In this document: one piece after another, positions 41,764 to 53,147 of the stretch | How positions within the stretch are numbered: the stretch's first letter is position 1 | Layout: every line of letters starts with the position of its first letter | Assembly (NCBI GenBank): GCA_965216325.1 | Contig: OZ244160.1 | Span: 1,696,001 to 1,760,000 of the forward strand | From: Coraliomargarita sp. | Lineage (GTDB): Bacteria; Verrucomicrobiota; Verrucomicrobiia; Opitutales; Coraliomargaritaceae | Direction: 5' to 3' | Length of the DNA: 64,000 bases | Program-made: the position numbers and the translations under genes | The notes under the pieces: generated by a model | Told to the model about the DNA's origin: nothing | What the model saw: the letters and a program-made list of their open reading frames with translations, nothing else | Databases searched by the model: none

Positions 41764-43203
41764 ATGAGCCCAAAAGGCACCGAATACCGCAAAACAAAAA
41801 TCATCTTCACAATTGGCCCAGCCACTTCCGATGAAGAAACACTCGAAAGTTTGATCGCCGCAGGCGTCGACATCTGCCGTATCAACATGGCACACGCGGA
41901 CCATGCATGGACACGCGACATCGTCACCAAGGTGCGCTCCGTCTGCGATCGTGTCGACCGTCAAATCGCCTTCATGATGGACGTCAAAGGTCCGGAAATC
42001 CGCACTGGCGATGTACCCGAGACTTTCGAACTGCAAAAGGGCGAAACCTTCGACTTCACTTTCGGCGAAGGCATTGGCAGCACCGGTCCCGATGGCATCC
42101 GCCGTGTGGATGTAAACTATCCAGGCTTTGCGAATGACATCAATGTGGGCGACACCGTGCTGGTCGACAGTGGCCTAATCCGCCTCAAAGTACTGGAGAT
42201 CAATGGCCAACACGTGCGTTGCGAAGTCTTAATTCCCGGCCCGATGGGCAATCGCCGCCACATCAACCTCCCTGGCGTTCGCGTGAAACTTCCTGCCCTC
42301 ACGAAGAAGGACCAAGCCGACGTCGACGTGGGCATCAAGCTTGGCATCGACTTCTTTGCACTCTCCTTTGTGCGCGAAGCCGAAGATCTCGACATCTTCC
42401 ACGACTACCTCAAGCAACGCGGCTCCGAAGCCCACGTGATCGCGAAAATCGAAGACCAGCAAGCGATCTCGAATCTCGAAGGTATCATCAAAGCATCCGA
42501 CGGCCTGATGGTCGCCCGCGGTGACCTCGGAATCGAGTGCCCCTTCGAAGACCTGCCACTGATTCAATCTGTCGCGGTCAACACCTGTATTCAGAATTCC
42601 AAACCAGTGATTGTCGCAACCCACATGCTGGAGTCGATGATCGATTCGCCGATCCCAACACGCGCGGAAGTTACCGACATCTCCAACGCAATCCGTGAGC
42701 AAGCCGACTGCGTGATGCTCTCCGGCGAAACCACCGTAGGTAAATACCCAGTCGAGTGCGTTGAAACCATCAATCGCATCGCGAATCGCATGGAGGCTCA
42801 GGAAGCGCTCGATTGCGAACCAGTCCGTGAAGACCTTGAGCTCTTCCTGCCAAAGTCGAAGATGCTTCGCTCCGCAGCTTACCTCGCGAGCGAGATGGAA
42901 GCGGCCATCGTGGTCTTCACCCGTCGTGGTTTCTTCGCACAGAAGCTCTCGTCTCTGCGCGCACAAGTGCCAGTTTACGCATTCACCGACAATCCGGTAC
43001 TCTTTAAGCAGCTACTGATTATGCGAGGCATTGAGCCTTTCTTCATGGACTTCGATCACGACCACGAAACCACCATTCAGAATGCGTTTACGAAGCTGAA
43101 GGAGGGCAACTGGGCAGTCGCCGGCGATCCAATCGTCACCATCACCAAAATGTATGCGGGTGAAAAGTTGATCGACAGCACCCAAATCAGAGAACTAGAG
43201 TAG
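41764..43203 (+). CDS. pyk: Pyruvate kinase
   Basis: [37 protein letters not shown]. Confidence 0.97.
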   Translation: MSPKGTEYRKTKIIFTIGPATSDEETLESLIAAGVDICRINMAHADHAWTRDIVTKVRSVCDRVDRQIAFMMDVKGPEIRTGDVPETFELQKGETFDFTFGEGIGSTGPDGIRRVDVNYPGFANDINVGDTVLVDSGLIRLKVLEINGQHVRCEVLIPGPMGNRRHINLPGVRVKLPALTKKDQADVDVGIKLGIDFFALSFVREAEDLDIFHDYLKQRGSEAHVIAKIEDQQAISNLEGIIKASDGLMVARGDLGIECPFEDLPLIQSVAVNTCIQNSKPVIVATHMLESMIDSPIPTRAEVTDISNAIREQADCVMLSGETTVGKYPVECVETINRIANRMEAQEALDCEPVREDLELFLPKSKMLRSAAYLASEMEAAIVVFTRRGFFAQKLSSLRAQVPVYAFTDNPVLFKQLLIMRGIEPFFMDFDHDHETTIQNAFTKLKEGNWAVAGDPIVTITKMYAGEKLIDSTQIRELE

Positions 43204-43250
43204 GGAAAGATTGGGGTAATCACCCCACCCCACCCGACTTCCTGATTACA

Positions 43251-43724
43251 ATGGACAAGCTTAAAGGTCTCCTACTTCCGCTGGCACTCGTCTTCGGAGC
43301 AATTGCCGTCTTTGAAACGGGAGCGCGTTACGGTGCCGATAACTTCAGGGCACAAGCGATTGCGATTGAGATGCGCAACCCGCTCAACGTTTACGTCGCT
43401 TCTCAATCCAAGATGGACCCCACCTTCAAGGCTCAATTGGAGATGTCTATTGACCGCCAGATTGCTTCCGGTGCAGTGCACCGGAAGGTCTGGTATCTGT
43501 CCAAGGAATCGAAGGAAATCCTAAACAAGACCCTTGCCTACGCACTTTCCGTCCGTGGTGATGCCACACTCGCTCGCTTCGAAGCAACCACTTCACAAGA
43601 AAGCAAAATTCCGCAGGCAGATTTGAATCGCATTATAGCAGCACTCAAAGAGGCTCAGATCGACCTCATCGACAACGCTCCCAGCGTAGCCCAAAAAGAA
43701 GCCGCTGCGGAAGCAAACAAGTAA
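43251..43724 (+). CDS. Hypothetical protein with N-terminal membrane anchor
   Basis: 157-aa ORF filling the gap between pyk and the lnt stop; hydrophobic N-terminus. Confidence 0.65.
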   Translation: MDKLKGLLLPLALVFGAIAVFETGARYGADNFRAQAIAIEMRNPLNVYVASQSKMDPTFKAQLEMSIDRQIASGAVHRKVWYLSKESKEILNKTLAYALSVRGDATLARFEATTSQESKIPQADLNRIIAALKEAQIDLIDNAPSVAQKEAAAEANK

Positions 43725-43725
43725 G

Positions 43726-45294
43726 CTAGCCTTCGACACGACGACGCGTATTGGCTAACATCGTCAATACGAGCATGGCTGCGCTAACAGCCACAAACCA
43801 ATCCCCGTGGCGGGTGTAAAAGCTTTTCCGGCGAAGCCAGTCTGCGTATTGAAACACGGAATACGTGCCCCCTCCTTGAAAGTAGACACTGCCCTCTTCC
43901 ACAAGAACCTCTCGAATCGTTCCATACGCATCGATCCAGCCACTCCAGCCAGCGTTGCCACAGCGCATGACTGGGCGACGATTCTCCACTGCACGTAAGA
44001 CCGAGTGCGCGGCATGCTGCGGAGCGCCGCCCTCTTCGCCATACCATGCATTATTGGTTGCGACGAAAAACAACTGAGCTCCGGCCACGACCGAGTCCCG
44101 CGCCAATCCGGCATAGGTATCTTCATAACATACCAGGGAGCCCACCTTCCAGGTAGCTTCGCCAATCGTCAGCGGAATGATTCCGGGATCCTCACCTGGC
44201 ACAAAATCGCCGCCGACCGGAACCACTTTATCAATAAAACCAAAACCCTTCGGCACATATTCACCAAAGGGAACCAGCTCGCGCTTCGTGTAATCGTCAT
44301 CACTCAGTCCAGCTCCTGGTTCCACCAGATAGACGCCATTCGACCAGAACTCAGTCTCTGGATAAAACGCTAAATTCCCCATCAAGATCGGCTTCTCGAT
44401 CTCATCCACCAGAGCTTCTACACGATACTGCATCTCAGAGTAGCCCTTCACCGGCCAAGGCGTCGACGCCTCCGGCCATAGCAATAAATCACTCTCCATG
44501 ATCGCGACCCAACGAGTCAATCGCTCCAGTGTCTCTAAATTCTCCAACTCCAACTGCGCATCCCATTTCAGCTCTGGCGTAATGTAGGGCTGCACAACTC
44601 CCGCGGTAAACATGGGCACCGTAGAATTCGGAGCAGGCAGGCTTCTAAAGAACACCGTGATGCACAGCCCCAGACAGCCCATCGCCACATAGAGATCCGG
44701 ACTAAACCAGCCCGTCCATACCTTGCGCTCTCTACGGACCGCACGATTCCGCAGCGTGTGTGCCACGCAAAAACTAAACAGCACCAGCATGAAGGATATA
44801 CCATAGGCACCCGTCCACGCAGCAATCTGCAGCACAACCGGACGCTGCCACTGGCTCAGCGACAGCGGCGCCCATGGAAAGCCCCAAAGAAACCAATTGC
44901 GCGCCCACTCCAACACAACCCAGCCACCCGCCAGACCGAAAAAGGCGAACAGCCGCACCGCAAACGAAGCACTCGCAAAGCGCGGCAGCACCCAGCGCAC
45001 CAGCAGCACCCAAGCAGCAAAAATACCGGCCATGATCGCCGAAAGCGCAAGCGTGCCAAAAACAGTCACATGCCGGAGCCAAATCAGAATCACCAACCAA
45101 CTTACCCAGCCTGTGCCGAAACCAACCAAGGCAGCAGTCTTCCAGCTCGGACGCGTGTACAGCCAGAGCAACAGCGGCACAAAGGCAACGTAGGCACCCT
45201 CGGAAAACTCAAACGGCGGTATCGACAACACCCAAAGCAGTGCTGTCAGCACTCCAGAAAATACCCCCCAGTATGTCGAAAATCCACGCATCAT
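43726..45294 (-). CDS. lnt: Apolipoprotein N-acyltransferase
   Basis: GFPW, LWPE, K.ELVPFGEYVP, VCYED, TNNAW, RAVENRR. Confidence 0.95.
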   Translation of the reverse strand: MMRGFSTYWGVFSGVLTALLWVLSIPPFEFSEGAYVAFVPLLLWLYTRPSWKTAALVGFGTGWVSWLVILIWLRHVTVFGTLALSAIMAGIFAAWVLLVRWVLPRFASASFAVRLFAFFGLAGGWVVLEWARNWFLWGFPWAPLSLSQWQRPVVLQIAAWTGAYGISFMLVLFSFCVAHTLRNRAVRRERKVWTGWFSPDLYVAMGCLGLCITVFFRSLPAPNSTVPMFTAGVVQPYITPELKWDAQLELENLETLERLTRWVAIMESDLLLWPEASTPWPVKGYSEMQYRVEALVDEIEKPILMGNLAFYPETEFWSNGVYLVEPGAGLSDDDYTKRELVPFGEYVPKGFGFIDKVVPVGGDFVPGEDPGIIPLTIGEATWKVGSLVCYEDTYAGLARDSVVAGAQLFFVATNNAWYGEEGGAPQHAAHSVLRAVENRRPVMRCGNAGWSGWIDAYGTIREVLVEEGSVYFQGGGTYSVFQYADWLRRKSFYTRHGDWFVAVSAAMLVLTMLANTRRRVEG

Positions 45295-45297
45295 ATA

Positions 45298-46206
45298 CTA
45301 TTTCCAAAGCGGATGTAGCTTCCAGTCCGATGGCAGCCCCATGTCCCTCACAGGAATATCTGGATATTCATCAAAAAGCTGCTCGACTCGTTCGCACCAT
45401 CGACTCGTAGGAGATATTTGCGTCAGAAACGCATTGCAGATCATCAAAAGAATACCAACACGGTCATTAACTAAAAGCTTCTTGCCATCTTCATTCTTAA
45501 GATGCCAGTGCGGATACTTGTTCCTTTGAGGTAAACTTGGAGCATAACCTAAAACACGGTTCCAAAGCCGTGAATGGTGTGCACAAATATTACGAGCGGC
45601 ATACAAACTTCTCAACCAACTCAAGAGCAGTTCATCGGCCATATCAAAGTGCGCAGCCACTTTTGAGGCAATTGCGCCGTCCACACCTTTAAGCAAAGTT
45701 AAAAGACTCCCCATGCTCATTAACTCTGAAGCCATCCAAACCGGTAGGTTCCGATGCGTATTACCGTATTTCTTGAAGAAGTGTCTCTTAAACGCCTCTT
45801 TACTCCGATTGGTTTCAGTTAGCAAACTGTCACGCCAATCAATGTAGTCACCGATCTTCAGGTTCGGGAAATGCCCCTCCTCGCAATGGCCAAATGCCCC
45901 ATGAGCGTGAGAAAAGTAGTAAGTCAATTGCGTCCGAACCGAGACTTCAACACGTTCAATAGCATCAAGAAACAATACGCGTAAACGACGATCAAAACAA
46001 TAACGCCTCCAAATAGTCTCCAATGTTGTGCCCTCCATGTAGCTCTCTGAATCACACTGACGAAAGGGATATAAATAGCCTGAAAATCGGTAATAGCTAA
46101 CAGCACGGAGTCGCTTAATCAGCTCTTGCTTATCTGCAATAAGACCACGCTGAATCAATCGCTCTGCTTGCTCTTCAAAACTCAGTGCTTTCTTTGGATA
46201 ATTCAT
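45298..46206 (-). CDS. Abi family (Abi_2; AbiD/AbiF-like) HEPN RNase
   Basis: EQ...L..RGL, VSYYRFSGY, Y.FDRRLR, IE.VEV..R, LPVW...E.MSMG.L, RNICAHHSRLWN (RxxxxH). Confidence 0.92.
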   Translation of the reverse strand: MNYPKKALSFEEQAERLIQRGLIADKQELIKRLRAVSYYRFSGYLYPFRQCDSESYMEGTTLETIWRRYCFDRRLRVLFLDAIERVEVSVRTQLTYYFSHAHGAFGHCEEGHFPNLKIGDYIDWRDSLLTETNRSKEAFKRHFFKKYGNTHRNLPVWMASELMSMGSLLTLLKGVDGAIASKVAAHFDMADELLLSWLRSLYAARNICAHHSRLWNRVLGYAPSLPQRNKYPHWHLKNEDGKKLLVNDRVGILLMICNAFLTQISPTSRWCERVEQLFDEYPDIPVRDMGLPSDWKLHPLWK

Positions 46207-46300
46207 TTGAATTCTAGTCCTTCAAATCCCGGAAGATTAGGACACAAAAAAACCCCCCGAATTACGCATTCATTTAGAGGCGCGGGGGGCATGCTAGAGT
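46207..46300 (-). ncRNA. Structured leader or candidate antitoxin RNA upstream of the Abi gene (abiF-motif-like)
   Basis: Minus strand CCCCCCG-N23-CGGGGGG followed by U7, then a gtcct..aggac hairpin covering the likely RBS. Confidence 0.55.
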
Positions 46301-46379
46301 TTAAGGTGCGAATCCTATGCCCGTTTTCAAGCATCGATTCTAAATATTTTTCTAACTAAAATCTGCCGAGCTATAGAAC

Positions 46380-49300
46380 TTATTTCTGCACGAGCTCCCA
46401 ACCATCGTTGAGGATCATGCTTTCAGCCTTCTTAAACTTGACCTGCTTTTCTTCGCTACCCTTGCGGAGGGTCACGGTTTCATTGCGACCGATCTTTGGA
46501 AGCTCACGGCGAACCGGCTCCACCTTCGGCAACTCGACTTGCTTTTGTTGCTGAGCCTGCTGCGGTGCTGCCTGCGCAGCCGCAGCAGCCATTGCGCCCG
46601 GTTGCGCACTGCCAGTCCCCGGACCCGCTACCTGCACTTGCTGAGCCAGTCGGCCTAACATGTTTTGGAAAGCCTCTTGGTTTGTCGCAGAGCGGAAAAT
46701 CGTGTGACAAATCTCCGTGCGGACATTGGTCATCAACTCTTCGAAGAACTTATACGCCTCACTCTTGTATTCGTTGAGTGGGTCCTTCTGACCGTAGCTG
46801 CGCAAGTTCACACTACGACGCAACTCTTCCATCTCAGTGAGGTGGTCCTGCCAACGGCGATCGAGCGAACGAATCACCACATAGCGCTCCAGGCCAGTGA
46901 GTGCTTCGCGATCTTCAAACTCTTCACGCGCGGCGTAGGCGTCCTTGATCTTGCTTACGATCAGTTCATGGCGCGCATTGATATCCAAGCCATCCAACTC
47001 TTCGACCTTCAAAGCAATCGGGAAGTAGGCATTCACCCATCCGATAAACTCCTCCTTGGCTTCACCTTCATCACCGTCGATGGCTTCCAGACGCTCTGCG
47101 GTTTCCTCTTCGATCATTTCGTAAACGATGTCGATCGGTGTGTCGGACTGAATCGCCTCATTACGGATGCCGTAGATCACCTCACGCTGTGTGTTCAACA
47201 CGTCGTCAAACTGAAGCAGGCGCTTACGAATGGAGAAGTTCTGTTGTTCGACCTTCTTCTGTGCGTTTTCAATCGACCAATTTAGCATGCCGTGCTCAAG
47301 CTCCTCGCCCTCGCTCATCGACTTCTCAAGCACACGTGAAATTGGCCCAGCATTGGCGAACAAGCGCATCAAGTCGTCTTCCAAAGAAACAAAGAACTTG
47401 GACATACCCGGGTCACCCTGACGTGCACAACGACCACGTAGCTGACGGTCGATACGACGTGACTCGTGACGCTCAGTGCCAATCACAAATAGACCGCCAA
47501 GCTCAGGCACACCTTCGCCGAGCTTAATGTCGGTGCCACGACCCGCCATATTGGTTGCAATCGTAACCGCACGTTTCTGACCAGCGCGGGCAACAATTTC
47601 CGCTTCCTGTTCGTGGAACTTCGCATTCAACACGCTGTGGGTAATCTTAGCGCCCTTGAGGACATGGCTCAGCGCTTCAGATGCTTCAACCGATGCGGTG
47701 CCCACCAGAACCGGTTGGCCCTTGCCGTGCGCCTCTTCGATTTCGCGCAACACCGCTTTAAACTTCTCACGACGCGTCTTATACACCACGTCGTTCTGAT
47801 CGATGCGCAGGCACGGCTTGTTCGTCGGAATGATCATTACCGACAGGCCATAAATTTCGTTAAACTCTGCAGCTTCGGTTTCCGCGGTGCCGGTCATACC
47901 CGCAATCTTCTCATACATTCGGAAGTAGTTCTGAATCGTAACCGTCGCGTACGTCTTGGTCTCCTTCTCGATGGTGCAGTTTTCCTTCGCTTCCACGGCT
48001 TGGTGGAGGCCATCCGACCAACGGCGGCCCGGCATCACACGACCCGTGTTTTGGTCGACAATGTTTACCTTGCCCTGCTGGACCACGTATTCCTTGTCCT
48101 TCTCATAAAGGCTGTAAGCACGGAGCAACTGACTGATGCAGTGGATGCGCTCGCTGGTCTGTTGAAATACCTCCTCAGCCGCCATCTTTTGCTTTTGGCG
48201 CTCTTCGGCGGCCACCTCTTCTTGCTTATCGATCTCGATAAACTGCGTCGGCAGATCAGGAAGCATGAAGGCGTCCGGATCATTCGGGCTGAGCAGGTTG
48301 CGCCCCTTTTCGGTAAGGTCGGCAGCCTGGTTCTTTTCTTCGATTACGTAAAAGAGTTCTTCTTTGAGAGCATAGCGCTGCTTCTTGTTGAAGTCGCTAT
48401 TCATCTCGAGGTCGTATTTGTCTAAGGCACGGCGAATGCGAACCACTTCGTTGAGCTGCATGAGCTTGTCGTTCTTCGGCATGCCCAGCTTGACTTGAAA
48501 CAGCTTGGAGATCGCAGCGGTTTCTTTATCAAGGTCGTCGCCAGCAGACTGGAGTTCCTTCTCGGCCTCCGCAGCAAGCTTGTTACAGAAGGACTGCTGC
48601 TTGGAAACCAAGTTCTGGATGCTCGGCTTGTGCTGCATGAATGGCAGCGGGTTGTCATCCTGCATCGGACCGGAAATGATCAGCGGCGTGCGCGCTTCGT
48701 CGACGAGCACGGAGTCCACTTCGTCAATAATACAGAAGAAGTGATCGCGCTGCACCTGGTCCGCCTTGCTGCTGGCCATGCCGTTATCGCGCAAGTAATC
48801 AAAGCCAAACTCCGAGGCAGTGCCGTAAGTGATGTTGCGGCCATACATCTCGCGGCGCGTAGCCGGATCCATGCTGTTCTGAATACAGCCAACAGTCAGA
48901 CCGAGGAACTGGAACAAGTGGCCCATCCACTCGGAGTCACGACGAGCGAGGTAATCATTGACCGTGACCAACTGTACATTGCGCCCGGAAAGCGCATTCA
49001 AATAGATCGGGCAGGTGGAAACCAGCGTCTTACCTTCACCGGTCGCCATTTCCGCGATACGCTTTTCATGTAGGGCAATACCGCCGAGCAGCTGCACATC
49101 GTAGTGCACCATTTCCCAAGGAAGCTGGTGGTCACAGACCTCGTAGCTATTACCACACATACGGCGAGCCGCGTTCTTCACCGTCGCAAAGGCTTCCGGC
49201 AACAGATCGTCGAGGCTTTCACCCTTCTCGAAACGCTCCATATATTCCGCGGTTTTTGCACGGAGCTGCTCATCACTGAGCGACTTGAATTCTTCGTCGT

Positions 49301-49391
49301 AGGCGTTGATACGCGCAATGATCGGTTCGCACTTCTTCTGATACTTCGTGTAGTGACGACCGGAGAACTTCTTGAGGATCTTAGAGATCAT
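46380..49391 (-). CDS. secA: Protein translocase subunit SecA
   Basis: [57 protein letters not shown]. Confidence 0.98.
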   Translation of the reverse strand: MISKILKKFSGRHYTKYQKKCEPIIARINAYDEEFKSLSDEQLRAKTAEYMERFEKGESLDDLLPEAFATVKNAARRMCGNSYEVCDHQLPWEMVHYDVQLLGGIALHEKRIAEMATGEGKTLVSTCPIYLNALSGRNVQLVTVNDYLARRDSEWMGHLFQFLGLTVGCIQNSMDPATRREMYGRNITYGTASEFGFDYLRDNGMASSKADQVQRDHFFCIIDEVDSVLVDEARTPLIISGPMQDDNPLPFMQHKPSIQNLVSKQQSFCNKLAAEAEKELQSAGDDLDKETAAISKLFQVKLGMPKNDKLMQLNEVVRIRRALDKYDLEMNSDFNKKQRYALKEELFYVIEEKNQAADLTEKGRNLLSPNDPDAFMLPDLPTQFIEIDKQEEVAAEERQKQKMAAEEVFQQTSERIHCISQLLRAYSLYEKDKEYVVQQGKVNIVDQNTGRVMPGRRWSDGLHQAVEAKENCTIEKETKTYATVTIQNYFRMYEKIAGMTGTAETEAAEFNEIYGLSVMIIPTNKPCLRIDQNDVVYKTRREKFKAVLREIEEAHGKGQPVLVGTASVEASEALSHVLKGAKITHSVLNAKFHEQEAEIVARAGQKRAVTIATNMAGRGTDIKLGEGVPELGGLFVIGTERHESRRIDRQLRGRCARQGDPGMSKFFVSLEDDLMRLFANAGPISRVLEKSMSEGEELEHGMLNWSIENAQKKVEQQNFSIRKRLLQFDDVLNTQREVIYGIRNEAIQSDTPIDIVYEMIEEETAERLEAIDGDEGEAKEEFIGWVNAYFPIALKVEELDGLDINARHELIVSKIKDAYAAREEFEDREALTGLERYVVIRSLDRRWQDHLTEMEELRRSVNLRSYGQKDPLNEYKSEAYKFFEELMTNVRTEICHTIFRSATNQEAFQNMLGRLAQQVQVAGPGTGSAQPGAMAAAAAQAAPQQAQQQKQVELPKVEPVRRELPKIGRNETVTLRKGSEEKQVKFKKAESMILNDGWELVQK

Positions 49392-49693
49392 TGTGACCTG
49401 TTGCTATTGATTACTTTATAAAATTGAATCGAAAACCCGGCCCACGGGGACACCGAATTCGCGAAAAAGCTCCGAAGCTGGCGAAAGTCCCGCACGCTGG
49501 CAAGTGTCTTTCCCTACACCTCGCAGAGGTCAAATCTTACTGTTAATCCTACTCTTCGAAACAGGCAGCGATTAGGATTATGATTGAGGCACCGATGCCA
49601 ATGCCCTCAGGCGAAATCTACCCACCGGGAAATAATAAACATTGTTCAAAATAAGTCTTGTCGCCCAGTCAAACATCTGCAATAAATGCCCCC

Positions 49694-51016
49694 ATGCGAA
49701 AGACCCCAGCCAAACACCGGCAATGGATTCTCCGCGAGCTACCCTTACTCGAAGAATACGGACTGCTCGACACGCCCGCCCGGAAGCGCCTCGAAGACCA
49801 CTACAACAGTCAGCCCACCACACAATCCAACTGGATCGTGATCGCATTTGCGATTCTCGGAGCGCTCCTCATTGGTGGCGGCATCATTCTGCTGTTTGCC
49901 CACAACTGGGAAGAACTCAGCCGCTCAACGCGGGCCGTGCTCTCTTTCTGCCCCCTGGCTGTCGGTATCGGATTTGGCTGGATTGCCCTCAAGCGCAATG
50001 GAACCAGCCTTCAGGAATCAGCCGCGCTCTTTCAGACGCTTGCCGTGGGAGCCAGCATCGCACTGATTGGCCAAACCTACCACATCCCAAGTAATACACC
50101 GGCATTTCTACTGACATGGGCCCTACTGATAATGCCCCTAATTTTCCTGCTGAAATCTGTAGGCAGCTACGTGTTCTATCTGGCTCTGATTACTTGCTGG
50201 GCCGGCGCCGCTCAAGATCGCTACGATCAGGCGATCGGCTTGTGGGCGCTACTATTGCCTGCTCTATTCTGGATCGTTAATTGCTGCCGAGTCAGTTGGC
50301 ATAGCCCACGAACACTACTCTCCCTTTGGGCGCTGATGTTGTGCCTTCCGATCGCACTTGGAATCACCATGGAGCACGAAGTGCCCGGATTATGGATCGT
50401 GGTCTATGCCAGCTTCTTCAGTTTGATCGGCCTGCTTGGCTTACGCTACCTGCCCGAATCCCAGGGCTGGAGCAATCCTCTGGGCTCAGCAGGCATCCTC
50501 GGCATCACAGGACTGACTTATTTGTTTACCTGGTATGAACTCTGGGGCAAAGTGCACTGGAGCTACCGCCACTGGGCACAAGTAAGCAATTGGGAGCTTT
50601 GGCATGATGCATTCGTTGCCCTGCTGCTACTCATCCCATGGGCCATCACCGCGGTGAAAACCTTTGACCGCCACTCGCTCCCCAACCTAATCCTCGCCAG
50701 CTTTCCTCCACTGGCAGTGATCGCCTTCGCCACGTCACTCACCCGAGACTTTGAACTGATCAATACCCTGATCTTCAACCTCTACATGCTCACCCTAGGA
50801 CTGGCCTATCTGGTGCAGGGATGTCGAACAATCCGCCTGCGGCTGGTCAATTTCGGCATGGCTGTCCTCAGCCTCCTATTAGTTTCACGCTTCTTCGACA
50901 GCGATTTTGGCTTCCTAGCCAGAGGTATCGCATTTATCCTGATCGGCTGCGGATTCCTCATCGCGAACCTGTTGATCGCACGGCAAAAACACAAACTGGA
51001 GGCACACCAATCATGA
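49694..51016 (+). CDS. DUF2157-family membrane protein
   Basis: LGALLIGGGIILLFAHNW, GASIALIGQTYH; many TM helices. Confidence 0.85.
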   Translation: MRKTPAKHRQWILRELPLLEEYGLLDTPARKRLEDHYNSQPTTQSNWIVIAFAILGALLIGGGIILLFAHNWEELSRSTRAVLSFCPLAVGIGFGWIALKRNGTSLQESAALFQTLAVGASIALIGQTYHIPSNTPAFLLTWALLIMPLIFLLKSVGSYVFYLALITCWAGAAQDRYDQAIGLWALLLPALFWIVNCCRVSWHSPRTLLSLWALMLCLPIALGITMEHEVPGLWIVVYASFFSLIGLLGLRYLPESQGWSNPLGSAGILGITGLTYLFTWYELWGKVHWSYRHWAQVSNWELWHDAFVALLLLIPWAITAVKTFDRHSLPNLILASFPPLAVIAFATSLTRDFELINTLIFNLYMLTLGLAYLVQGCRTIRLRLVNFGMAVLSLLLVSRFFDSDFGFLARGIAFILIGCGFLIANLLIARQKHKLEAHQS

Positions 51017-51579
51017 AAATGCGCACTGTGATCTTCCTACTGCTTGCACTGGCCCAAGTGGCCGTGCCGCTGCAAATGATCCGCCAACGCGAAGCCGTAT
51101 TGAGCGAGGGCACCTTGTATCGCTTCATAACCGAACCGATTGACCCCGCAGATCCCTTTCAAGGGCGCTACGTCTGGCTGAGGATTGAACGCGACACCAT
51201 TCTCCTCCCACGAGATAGCGAACAGCCACCGCGTTACAAGAGTCACGGATTTGCAAGCGTGGCCGTCGACGAGGAAGGCTACGCCTACTTCGACAATTGG
51301 CATACAGAGCGCCCGACCGGCTCGAACTACCTCGAAACCCGCAGCTGGGGGCGGTATCGAAACGGTGACGACAAATCAAAAACCGAAATATACATCGAGA
51401 TTCCCTTCAACCGCTTCTATATGGACGAAGCCAAAGCACCCCGAGCCGAGATCATCACTCGCGAAGCCTCGCGCGACAAGACCTGCTGGGTGGAAGTGCG
51501 CATCCTCAACGGCTCAGCAGTCATTGAGGACGTCGTGGTCGAAGGTCAGTCACTGCGAGACTTAGCAGCCACCGAATAA
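51013..51579 (+). CDS. GDYXXLXY-family membrane-anchored protein
   Basis: PIDPADPFQGRYVWL, RFYMDE; ATGA-coupled to the DUF2157 gene. Confidence 0.85.
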   Translation: MKMRTVIFLLLALAQVAVPLQMIRQREAVLSEGTLYRFITEPIDPADPFQGRYVWLRIERDTILLPRDSEQPPRYKSHGFASVAVDEEGYAYFDNWHTERPTGSNYLETRSWGRYRNGDDKSKTEIYIEIPFNRFYMDEAKAPRAEIITREASRDKTCWVEVRILNGSAVIEDVVVEGQSLRDLAATE

Positions 51580-51618
51580 AGTCGCCCAGATCGCACATCG
51601 CGTATCTCGTATCCCGCG

Positions 51619-53076
51619 ATGAAATCCCTTTCCATTCTCGGCACGACTTCAGACGCGGGCAAAAGCTGGTTGGCCACCGCTTTCTGCGCCCTACTCAAGC
51701 GCGAAGGCTTTAAAGTTGCCCCCTTTAAGGCGCAAAACATGTCGAACAACTCCTACGTCACACTGGAGGGCGGCGAGATCGGACGCGCTCAGGCGGTGCA
51801 AGCCGAAGCCTGTGGCTTACGACCGATTGCAGAAATGAACCCGGTGCTACTCAAGCCCTGCGGCGACTCCACCTCACAGGTGGTCTTCCGCGGCGTGCCC
51901 GGGCCTCACATTCAAGCGGGCAAATACTACGAAGAGATCGGGAATCTATGGGAAAAGGTCGCTGAGGTGATCGATTGGTGGAAGCCCCGCTGTGATGTGC
52001 TGCTGATGGAAGGTGCGGGCAGCCCCGTCGAACTCAACCTCATGGAACGCGATCTCGCCAACCTCCTTCCAGTCGAATACACCGACGGTCGCTGGCTCCT
52101 CGCATGCGACATCGAGCGCGGCGGCGTCTTTGCCCAAGGCATCGGCACCGTGCAACTCATGCCCAAAGCCATGCAGCAACGCGGGCTCGGCCTCATCATC
52201 AACAAATTTCGCGGCGACATCAAACTCTTCGCTGGCGCGGAGGCGCATTTCGCAAAACATATCGATGTCCCCATGCTAGGCACCCTACCGATGCGCTACG
52301 ACCTGCAGCCAGAATCCGAGGACGGCTTTTCCCGCCAACCCGAAATTGGTGGGAACGATGATCCGCTCATGGCTTGGATCGCCCTACCCCGCGTTTCCAA
52401 TACCAGCGATGCCCACCCCTGGACGCTCGACAGCGGGATCCGAATGGAATGGACCCGAAGCAAGGACAGTCTGAGCCGCGCCCGTATCATCGTCATTCCC
52501 GGATCCAAGAACACGATCGAAGATCTTCGCTGGCTCCGCGAGCAGGGCTTCGATCAGATCATTCAAGAGCGCGCGGCCGCTGGCGTGCCGATAGTCGGCA
52601 TCTGCGGTGGCTACCAGATGCTCGGCCAACAAATCACCGACCCCGAGGGTATCGCCGGAGGTGCTGGCTGCATCGAAGGCCTCGGACTACTGCCGATCAA
52701 AACCACCTACGAGCCGGAAAAATGCGTACAACAAGTCACTGCCCAGTGGCAAAACACAACATGGACCGCCTACGAGATCCACATGGGCCGCACCCAGTTC
52801 ACCAAGGAGATCACACCCCTCCTGCGGACCAGCGAGCACCCCGAAGGCATTCGCCAACAAAACGTCTGGGGCACCTATCTGCACGGGCTCTTCGAAACAC
52901 CTGAGCTACGTCGCTCACTCGCCGAAGCCGCTGGCATCACAAGCCATCGGGCTCCCGACCAGAACTGGCAGCAGCACAAAGAGAACGTCTACAGCCAAAT
53001 GGCAGACTGCATTGCGGAGCACTTGAATTTGCATTCGGTCTTTCACTATCTCGACCAGGCCAAAAGCAAACGCTAA
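51619..53076 (+). CDS. cobQ: Cobyric acid synthase
   Basis: [52 protein letters not shown]. Confidence 0.95.
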   Translation: MKSLSILGTTSDAGKSWLATAFCALLKREGFKVAPFKAQNMSNNSYVTLEGGEIGRAQAVQAEACGLRPIAEMNPVLLKPCGDSTSQVVFRGVPGPHIQAGKYYEEIGNLWEKVAEVIDWWKPRCDVLLMEGAGSPVELNLMERDLANLLPVEYTDGRWLLACDIERGGVFAQGIGTVQLMPKAMQQRGLGLIINKFRGDIKLFAGAEAHFAKHIDVPMLGTLPMRYDLQPESEDGFSRQPEIGGNDDPLMAWIALPRVSNTSDAHPWTLDSGIRMEWTRSKDSLSRARIIVIPGSKNTIEDLRWLREQGFDQIIQERAAAGVPIVGICGGYQMLGQQITDPEGIAGGAGCIEGLGLLPIKTTYEPEKCVQQVTAQWQNTTWTAYEIHMGRTQFTKEITPLLRTSEHPEGIRQQNVWGTYLHGLFETPELRRSLAEAAGITSHRAPDQNWQQHKENVYSQMADCIAEHLNLHSVFHYLDQAKSKR

Positions 53077-53147
53077 CAAGAAAATCCTTGAAACCTTAGT
53101 TGCCTCTTCCTAAGTTCCGCATTCGAATCACTCAACCCCCTCAAATT

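Noticed and set aside
46496..49421. Long plus-strand ORFs opposite secA (likewise opposite pyk, rmuC and the helicase)
   Set aside because: Typical antisense open frames from codon bias in GC-rich genes
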